A stretch of 64,000 bases of DNA from the human T2T-CHM13v2.0 reference genome, Homo sapiens: assembly GCF_009914755.1 (NCBI RefSeq), contig NC_060943.1, one strand, 5' to 3'. The translations under genes and the position numbers were made by a program. A model generated the notes under the pieces. The model was not told where the DNA came from. It worked only from the letters and a program-made list of their open reading frames with translations, and searched no databases. Within the stretch, counting starts at the first letter, position 1. The number at the start of each line of letters is the position of its first letter. Shown here piece after piece: positions 50,035 to 64,000 of this stretch.

Positions 50035-50237
50035 CCTTTCCTGCAGCATCCCGCTGAGGTCCCCACAGGGCGCGTACTCCTGGGCGAAGGCAAAATAGCG
50101 GGGGGTCTGTAGGGGTCCTGCCAGGGTCTGCAGCAGGCCTGGGTGTGCAGAGACGCAGCGGCCCACACAGAACTCCCTCAGGAAGGTGCTTCTCAGGACC
50201 AAATCCCGACGCAGGAGCTTCAGAGCCACAGCTGGAC
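50035..50237 (-). CDS. SBK3: SBK3 exon 3 (GPAVALK...EFCVGR...MLQER)
   Basis: AG 50239-50238, GT 50034-50033; 203 nt, same length and phases as the SBK2 middle exon. Confidence 0.95.
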
Positions 50238-50733
50238 CTGCCAGGGAGATGGGTCGGAGGGACACTCAGGCGGCTCCAGTCCTGCTGTGGGGCCTGAGGG
50301 AAGCCGTGTAAACTCTCTGAGCCTCACACTTCTCATGGGCAGCACGGGCTCCCCTGTCTGTGAAGTGTGGGTGGGAGGAGACCTTCTTTGAAGACCCTCC
50401 CTGCTCTGCCTCGGACTGCGGCGTGGGCTTGCACAGCCGCCTCACCCTCTCCGGGCCTCAGTTTCCCCTGGCATCAAGTAAGAGACACGGTGGTGACTTG
50501 GGTTCCAACTTGAGTTGCATACCTGTCCTGCTGTGGGACCGTAGGCAGTCCCTCGCCCTCTCTGGGGTGGGGCCTGTGTTTCTCAGAAGATCCCAGAGCT
50601 CTTAACTTTCAGAGTACCCCCACTGAGAAGGGTCCCCATCAGCTCCTCCTGGGAATGCCCCCTGTCTGGGTGGCTTCCGAGAATGCTTATTGTGGGGCAG
50701 TTGGGGAGGCTGCCCTTGGGTGGCTGAACTCAC

Positions 50734-50884
50734 CCCCCTGGTGAGGCTGGGCGAGGAGCACGCGGCCGTAGGAGCCGGAGCCCAGCTTCCGGATGAGGTG
50801 GTACTGGTCCCGAAGGCTCCTCACCGGGGTCACCCTGCTGGTCGTCAGCTCCACCAGCCGTTGGAGGGCTGTGGCTGTGTCCTC
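50734..50884 (-). CDS. SBK3: SBK3 exon 2 (EDTATALQRL...LGSGSYGRV...PHQG)
   Basis: ccgtag acceptor, gtgagt donor; 151 nt, phase 0-1; Gly-rich loop. Not in the ORF track in this frame. Confidence 0.92.
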
Positions 50885-51433
50885 CTACGGGAGAGGGGCA
50901 GGGTGAGGAGGGGGCGCGTCTGGGGTCCACTGAGAGTGGTGGGGGAGGAGGTCACGGCGCAGCCCCAGGATGGAGGGTGGGGCAGGGGACAGGGGTCACT
51001 GTCCCCAGAGAGGAGGATGAGTCACAGTGACTCACCCGGACTCGGGCCACCTGTTTTTGTGTCCTGGAGAGGTTAGGGGTCACTGCCACAGAGGCCCCGC
51101 CTGCCCCTGTCTGTGGGAGCAGGCCAGGAGCCCCCAGCCCCGAGTGGGGGTGCATCCTCAGCCCACACAGTCCCCCTGCCCACCCTGGTCTCTCTCTCCA
51201 CCGTCCTCTTCCCCTGTGCATCCCGCTGTGTGTTTCTGAGTCCATTTCTCTGGGGGCCTTGGTCTCGCTGTGTGTCCTTGGATCTCTGTCATCCTCTCTC
51301 CCTGGGTCTGGGTCTCTGAGGTCTTTGCGTTTCCCTGTTTTCTGTTTCTCTTCCTCTCTCTCCCCGTGTTGCCTCCTGCCTCTCTCTCCTTCTTTTCTCT
51401 CTCTGTCTTCCTCCCCTGGCTCCCGTCTCTCAC

Positions 51434-51478
51434 CTCTGGGTCCCCATCCTCAGGGGTCTCGGAGGCCCTGCGCTCCAT
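51434..51478 (-). CDS. SBK3: SBK3 exon 1 coding part (MERRASETPEDGDPE)
   Basis: ATG at 51478 in gagATGg context, gtgaga donor; 45+151+203+681=1080 nt = 359 aa. Confidence 0.9.
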
Positions 51479-52504
51479 CTCAGGGCTTCCTGATGTGGGG
51501 TGGCCCTTGGGCGGGACCCCCCCGTCAGGGCTCCCCAGAAAGCAACCAGCCCCCTGCACCCCACAGGTTCTCGCTGCGCAGAGCCAAGGGATGGAAGCTC
51601 GTCTGCAAGGTCAGCCTCAGTCGCCCCTTGTCTGTCCGGCTCTGTCTAGCTGGAGGAGTGTCTCTGCCTCTCTGTGCCCTCCTGCCACCCTCTGGGTGTA
51701 TTCCCTGCTGTGCTTCCCAGGTGATAGCCCTTACTCCCCGCACCCTCTCTTCCCCTCTCTTTAGCCAACCCCAGTCTCTCCTTCCTTCTACAGGAACACC
51801 TTTCTGTCAGCCTCTCTCTTGCTCCGTCTATCCTCTCTCTTTGTGCGTCTTTGTCTCCTTCTCTCCCCGTCTCTCTCTCTCCACCCTCCCTGTCTCTGTC
51901 TCGCACTTGGGTCTCTGGGGTGGGACTCCCCCTCCCTGTCCCGTCTCTGTGGGTCGCCGGCCCCTCTCCCCTGTCCGCACACTGTCTCCACTCTTTCTCC
52001 ACCAACTCTGGGGGTGTCTCCACGCTCTGCTCCCTGCCTGCTCCCCTCTCTCTGTCTGTCTGTTTCCCGTCTCTCCCGGCCCCTCTGGGCATCTCCGTCC
52101 GCTCTCCCCAGTGTCTCTGCGTCTCTCTCCTCCTCTTTGTTCCTGACTCTCTCTCAAAGCCTTTGTCCCTCCCTTTCTCTGGGCCTGGGACAGGGGTGTG
52201 TGTGACAGCTCAGAGACAGAGACATCCTGTCCCCCCACACCCCTCCCTCACCCCCTCTGACCGCTGCCCCCTCCCTCTCCCTTCCAAACTTAGACCAGCT
52301 TGGACTCTGGGCTCCAGTCCCAGGACAGACGGGACAAAACATATTGTGAACCCCCAACAAGGCCCAGGCCTGAGGGCAGAGGAAAGGGTGGGACAGACCC
52401 CTCCACACACCTGAGCTGGGATGACTGGCCCAGAGCTGAGCACCTCTGTCTTGCCCCAGAGGCCAGGAGCGCTGGTGTCCAGGGACCAGGGAACAGTTCC
52501 CAAA

Positions 52505-53092
52505 GCCCTCCTCCTTCACACCAGGAGTGCTGGCCCCAGCTCCTCCTCCCTCACACCCAGGAGTCCAGGTCCCCAGTTCCTCCATCCTCAGACCCAGGAG
52601 TCTAGGCCCCAAGCCCCACCTCCCTCAGACCCAAGAGTCCAGGCCTCCAGCTCCTCCTCCCTCAGATCCAGGAGTCTAGGCCCCCAGCCCCTCCTCCCTC
52701 AGACCCAGGAGTCCAGGACCCCAGCCCTTCCTCCCTCAGACCCAGGAGTCCAGGCCTCCAGCCCCTCCTCCCTCACACCCAGGAGTCCAGGTCCCCAGTT
52801 CCTCCATCCTCAGACCCAGGAGTCCAGGCCCCAGCCCCTCCTCCCTCAGACCCAGGAGTCCAGGTCTCCAGCACCTCCTCCCTCACACCCAGGAGTCCAG
52901 GTCCCCAGTTTCTCCACCCTCAGACCCAGGAGTCCAGACTCCAGCTCCTCCTCCCTCAGACCCAGGAGTCCAGGCCCCAGCCCCTCCTCCCTCAGACCCA
53001 GGAGTACAGACTCCCAGCCTCTCCTTCCTCAGACCCAGGTCCCCAGCCCCTCCTCCCTCAGACCCAGGAGTCCAGGCCCAGCCCCTCCTCCT
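52505..53092 (+). repeat. MSR1 array, about 15 units, upstream of SBK3
   Basis: Same 37-bp unit as 43225-43752. Confidence 0.9.
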
Positions 53093-53282
53093 GCAGGACT
53101 CAGGAGCTGAAGTAGCTGTGGGAAGCGCCAGGGACAGAGGTGCTCTCATGTTCTCAGCACCTGTTCCCCGCCTAGCCCTGTGCGGGGCTTTACACTGGAT
53201 CCTCCCAGCTGCCCAAAGGGTCAGTATTTATCCCCAGTTTACGGAGCAGGAAACTGAGGTTCCGAGAAACGATCGTGTTACA

Positions 53283-53387
53283 CAAGGTCAGAAGGGGAGC
53301 GGGCCCCGGGCCAGGCCTGTGTGACTCAGAGGCCTGCTGCCTGCCCCACTCGTGTTTCCACTACTACTACAGCCCTGCTATTAATAA
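53283..53387. promoter_or_regulatory. Candidate muscle/cardiac element upstream of SBK3
   Basis: CAAGGTCA 53283-53290, AP-1 TGACTCA 53322-53328, MEF2-consensus CTATTAATAA 53378-53387. Confidence 0.4.
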
Positions 53388-53944
53388 AGACACAGCAACG
53401 GCAGCGACGCGTAGGCGCTGGAAGGATCTGCAGGAAACAGGCTGTGGCGCTGGCCTCTGGGGAGCTGGAAGGGACCCAAGGAGGGGCAGAGGTAGAACTT
53501 CCTTTGCTGTTCGGAGGTTAGATTGGGGAAAGTCGCAAACCTACAGAAAAGTAGAAAAAGTGCTGTCCGTGCCTGTAGTCCCAGCTACTGGGCAGGCTGA
53601 GGCAGGAGAATCGCTTGAACCCAGGGAGGCGGAGGTTGTGGTGAGCCGAGATCGCACCACTGCACTCCAGCCTGGGCAACAGAGCGGGACTCCGTCTCAA
53701 AAACAAACAACAAACAAACAAACAAATAATAACAACAAAACAAAAACAAACAAACAAAAAAGTGCTGTCATGAACACCCATTGGCTAAACTTCACAGATG
53801 TGGCCACTTGGCCATACTTTCTTGATCTTTATTTCTTTGTCGGCGGGGGCATACAAACTAGTTTCAAGTAAATGATAAATATTGAAGTCTTTTGGAAGTG
53901 GAAATGCTGAGCTGCCTGGTGTGTTTGCTTTAAAATCATCTGGC

Positions 53945-55360
<1,416 letters not shown>

Positions 55361-56838
55361 ATGCCTTATTTGCTTTATGAGTCAGGAATCAACGTCAACA
55401 TCCCGTATGACTTTCAGGGAACTTTTTACCACTGTGCCTTTTACATTATTTGAATTTTTCCTGTGAGTATGTGTTATTCAAAAAATTTTAATGAAATAAT
55501 ACAGTGATGATGATACAGTAATATAGTAACACTCGGTGCTTACTTGGTGCCAGGCCCTGGTCACGCTCTCTCGGTCTCTCTCTCTTTTTCACTTAAGACT
55601 TTGTGGAGTCCTCCCAACAAGCCCTGGGTCGGTAGAATGATGGTTTCCAATTTCCTGATGGGGACAGTGAGGCATGAAGCAGCAGAGTCATGGGCCACAG
55701 AGCCGCAGCCAGGGAGAGGCAGAGCTGGGATGCCTTGAGATCTGGTGACTCCAGGCTCCTCTGTGCCCCGTGCCCACGCAGCTCCCGTGAGGCCGACCTC
55801 AGGTGCCCGGCCCGGCTCGAGCTGAGCTCCTCCACTGGAGACCCGGGGCTGGCTGTGCGCCGACAGGCAAGCGCATCTGCTACTCTAGAGCCGGCCACCT
55901 GGGTCCCCCGGGAGGAGAGTGAGAGGGGACGCTGCGGGCCTCCAGCCCTCCCCCAGACGCTCGCTGGTGATCCGAAGAGCTTTGCACCTCCCCATTTAGT
56001 AACGCCGCTCTGCGGGGTCACCCGGAGTGACCTCGGCACGCAGGTGTGGTGGGGGAGGTTGCAGTCCTGCAGCCCCAGGGTACACACACACCCCTCATTA
56101 AAGCTGGGCGGTGTGCCTCTCTCCTCCCCTCCGTCCTGCCCACCAGCCTCCGAGGCCTCCTTTTGTGACCGTTTCCTGGCTTTGTCCCCTCCTGGCCGAA
56201 CGAGGGCACACAAGTTAAGTGTGTTAACAACAACAGCAATAATAATAGTGTCCAACACTCATACTGTACTCGGTGCTGTGGCTTGTGTTTTCATCTATTA
56301 TTGTCATTGTTGCGAAGAGTTTTTGCAGGGATGGGGTCTCACTATGCGGCCTCTACCCTCTCACTATGTTGGAATTCGAGGCTGGTCTTGAATTCCCGGG
56401 ATGCCTCTGCGCTTCAGTTTTCTCCTGTCTGAAATGCAGGTCATCCCCAGCTCCTACCCACAGCGCTGTTGATAAGAAAATTGATATGTATAATGCATAT
56501 ACTAATGTACATTATAATATTATATCTAAGATAATTATTTTAGATATGATATATACTATCCTATATTATATATTAAGTGATATATGTAGTATATATCTTT
56601 TGTATAATATATATACTTATATGTTATTTTTAAAGTAAATTCAATTAAGAAAATATATACTGAAAGAACATATAAAAATTAATTTACACTTCAAAGATTG
56701 TTCAGTTGACAATGTAACCCACCCACCATCACACTCCATCCTTGGGCCAAAAAAGGTGAAAAGAAAAACAGAAGGAAAAAAGTGTTAACATTAAACTGAT
56801 TTGCTTTATCTGGAACGAGTTAGATTATAAACTAGTAG

Positions 56839-57067
<229 letters not shown>

Positions 57068-58544
57068 TAAAGTGCTGATTACAGGTGTGAACCACCGCAC
57101 CCAGCCCACTCCTGTTTTTTTTTTATTTTGTTTTTAAGACAGGGTCTCACTCTGACATGCAGGCTGGAGTGCAATGACACAGTCACGGCTCACTGCAGCC
57201 TTGACTTCCTGGGTTCAAGAGATCCTCCCACCTCAGCCTTCCAAGTAGCTGGGATCACAGGTGCATGCCACTGGGCTGACTACCTTTTAAGTTTTTTGTA
57301 GAGATGGGATCTCACTATGTTGCCCAGGTTGGTCTCAAACTTCTCGCCTCAAGCTATCCTCTTGGCCTCGGCCTCCCAACGTGCTGGGTGGGATTACAGG
57401 TGTGAGCCATCTAGCCCTTTGCTCCTGTTTTAAGACAGTAATGCTATTTTCTTTCTATTGCACCATGTATACGTTGAACAAATATTGTTAAATAAAAGAA
57501 TGGATGAAAACACAAGCCATACCACCAAGCATAGTGAATGCTTAACAATTATTATTATTGTTGTTGACAAATGCGCTTACAGCAGTTACTATGGGCCAGG
57601 TACTGTTCTGGGGCTTTGTATACCCTTGCAGTAATCTCATTAAATCCTTATGTTCTACCTATGACATAGGAACTATTATTTCCCGAGGCACAGACAGGCC
57701 ACACGTGCTAAGTCTTATCGCCGTCTCTGACCTGCTCACACGCAGCACAAAACCTTGCTGGGATTCTCTGTGACATGAAATATTTCACGCATATCCCCCA
57801 AATATAATGAGTATTCATGTCTCCACCATTCTGTTTAAGAAATATAATTCTCAGCCGGGCGCGGTGGCTACGCCTGTAATCCCAGCACTTTGGGAGGCCG
57901 AGGCAGGTGGATCACGAGGTCAGGAGATCAAGACCATCCTGGCTAACCCGGTGAAACCCTGTCTCTACTAAAAATACAAAAAATTAGCTGGGTGTGGTGG
58001 CGAGCACCTGTGGTCCCAGCTACTCAGGAGGCTGAGGCAGGAGAACCGCTTGAACCTGGGAGGCGGAAGTTGCGGTGAGCCGAGATGGCGCCAGGGCTCT
58101 CCAGCCTGGGTGGCAGAGGGAGACTCTGTCTCAAAAAAAAAAAAAGAATTCTCACTGCAAAAAAAAAAAAAGAAAAAAAGCATGTGAGGTAATGCATATG
58201 TTAATTATACAGCTTGATGTAGCTATTTTCCAATCTGTGTGTGTATGTGTATATCTATATAAACATCATGTGAGCCAGACATGGTGGGACACGTCTAGTC
58301 TAGGAGGCTGTCATGTCATGTCTGTCTAGGAGGCTGAGGCATTTCTCGAGGCCAGGAATTCAAGAGCTGGAGATGCACTGGTGAAAAACACGCATGGCAC
58401 TCCAGCCTGGGCAACGTGGCGGGACCCTGTCTTTAAAAACAATAGAAAAATCATGTTGTACACAACAATTGTATACATTCTTTATTTGTCAAGGTGGAAC
58501 AAAAAAAAAATAATAAGAGCGGAAAGAACAACAACAATAACAAA

Positions 58545-59485
<941 letters not shown>

Positions 59486-61218
59486 GTCGAGTGAAATGAA
59501 ACATATCATCAGGACTATTTTCACCTTGTTTGCATTTACTTTTGTAAAAATAGAAACACACAGTTTGGCAGACAACATCGGGGATTACAGATGCCACCGA
59601 ATCAGCTATGGATCTCTCTAGAAGTCTGCAGGTCACAGGATGAGAGTTATTACATTCTCCATCCCCTGAAGCTGTTCCCCAGACCTCACCCTCTCCTGTG
59701 TGGATCACCATCCCAGCTTATCAGCTTCTTCCTGGCCTCCCCTCTCGCCTCTGGACTGCCCCGTCTGACACACAAAGGTTCTCCCTCCTTCCCTCCCACC
59801 CCTCCCTCCTCCTTCCCTCCTTTCTTTCTCTTTCTCTTTTCTTTTCCTTTTCTTTCTTTTCTTTCTTTCTCTTTCTCTTTCTTTCTTTTCCTTCCTTCTT
59901 CCCTTTCTTCCTTTCTGTCTTTCTTCTTTCTTTCTCTCTCTCTTTCTCCTTTCCTGTCCTCCTTCCTTCCCTCCCTCCCTCCCTTCCTTCCGTCTTTCCG
60001 TCCCTCCCTTCCCTTTCTTTTTTGAGGCAGGGTCTCACTCCATCACCCAGGTTGGAATGCAGTGGTGCAATCACAGCTCTCTGCAGCCTTGACCTCCCAT
60101 ACTTAAGTGATCCTCTTGCCTCAGCCTCCCAAGTAACTGGGACTACAGGTGTGCACCATCCTCCCCAGCTAATTTTAGAATTTTCTATAGATACAGGCTC
60201 TCACTATGTTGCCCAGGCTAGTTTCAAATTCCTGGATTCAAGTGATCCTCCTGCCTCAGCTTCCAAAAATTCTGGTATTACAGGCATGAGCCACCACACC
60301 GGCCATCATTCTAACACTCACTTCTGGCCCAGGCCCTCTCTTCCTCAGTAGCCTCCCATGGCTCCCTATTGCTCTTGGGATAGAGTTCACACTCCCCCGC
60401 CTGGCCTCCGAGCCCTTCTGGAGCTGCACCTGTTGCAACTTATTTCCACCCGGCTCATCTCACCCAACACCCAGGCAATGGAAGAACTCGGAATGTCCGA
60501 GCACACTGGACTCTCTCTCTGTTTCTCAGGAAACGTGTGTGGAATGAGGAGACGGATGGATGGCCGAACATGGCAGGTTTGTAATGGCTTCAGAAACCCC
60601 ATGTGATTAATAATTATAGCCAGCATTTACTGAACATATTACCAGCCCCAGTGCTAATCCTCCCAGCACCCTGGGGAGGTGGCCCTATTATTAGCTCGGC
60701 TTCATCATTGAGGAAAGTGAGACTCACAAAGACTAAGCCTCCTGCCCGGTGTCTCACTATAGATCAGCAGCAGGAGGGACTCAAACGCCAATCAACCCGG
60801 CAGTGCACACCCTCGGCCTCTCTGCTATTCGTAGATGTTTGTGGGCCAGGAGCCAGGGGCAGGTGTAGGCCAAGGTTGCTGACTTCTCTTCTTTCCATTC
60901 AAACACAACACACATTTCCTGGGGACTTTGTATGCAGAGCCCTGAGCTGAGGCTGGGTGCTGGGAGACCACAGACAGACTCTGTCCCTGCTCCGGAGGTG
61001 CCCAGAAGGTTCTGTGAACCAGGATACAGCCGCCAAGAAGCAAGGTGTGCCTCTTCCAAAGGCGACCAAGAGGGGCCTAGAAGTGGCTCTGAGCCAACCT
61101 GACAGGAAAGTTGGCAGGTGAGGAAGGGGTTCAGAGACCTGGCGGATAAGTAAATTAACAGTAGCAAGAGAGGCCAGGCCAGTGGTGACTGGGATTCAAA
61201 TTAAAACAAGATCGATTA

Positions 61219-62920
<1,702 letters not shown>

Positions 62921-63029
62921 TTTTTAACTTTTAACACCCCCTCCTGTATAGAAGAACTATTTTCAATAACCATCATGTAATAATCACCTGCATCTTTTTC
63001 TTGACTGCTGGGGGGGTTTCTTCCTTTTT

Positions 63030-63960
<931 letters not shown>

Positions 63961-64000
63961 CTTTCTTTTTTTTTCTTTTTGAGACGGAGTCTCACTCTGT

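Noticed and set aside
55593-56391. Overlapping 221/233 aa ORFs in a CpG-rich patch
   Set aside because: No recognisable homology or exon structure; may be regulatory but I found no convincing motif set.

Overview
Human (primate) genomic DNA, Alu-dense and GC-rich, recognised as chr19q13.42. The + strand carries the 3' part of SSC5D: three group-B SRCR exons, Pro/Ser/Thr linker exons, a short alternative terminal exon at 10563 and the long mucin-like terminal exon at 23575-25349. The - strand carries the complete tandem kinase paralogs SBK2 (348 aa, 3 coding exons) and SBK3 (359 aa, 4 coding exons). All splice junctions were read from the sequence and give intact frames. The rest is Alu clusters, MER20, MER82, Tigger1, MLT1 and L1 remnants, MSR1 minisatellite arrays and long simple repeats. 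Best leads: (1) a promoter-like CpG island with a near-consensus CTCF motif over the SSC5D short-isoform exon, a possible epigenetic polyadenylation switch; (2) an RGD motif in both unrelated SSC5D C-termini, with a Cys-capped coiled coil in the long one; (3) an A-tailed, TSD-flanked retrocopy of a 5' tRNA-Glu fragment; (4) phase-compatible SBK3-to-SBK2 chimeric kinase splicing; (5) a duplicated PWTWD exon module. These are hypotheses; no new system is proven from sequence alone. Repeat boundaries and family names are by eye and approximate.
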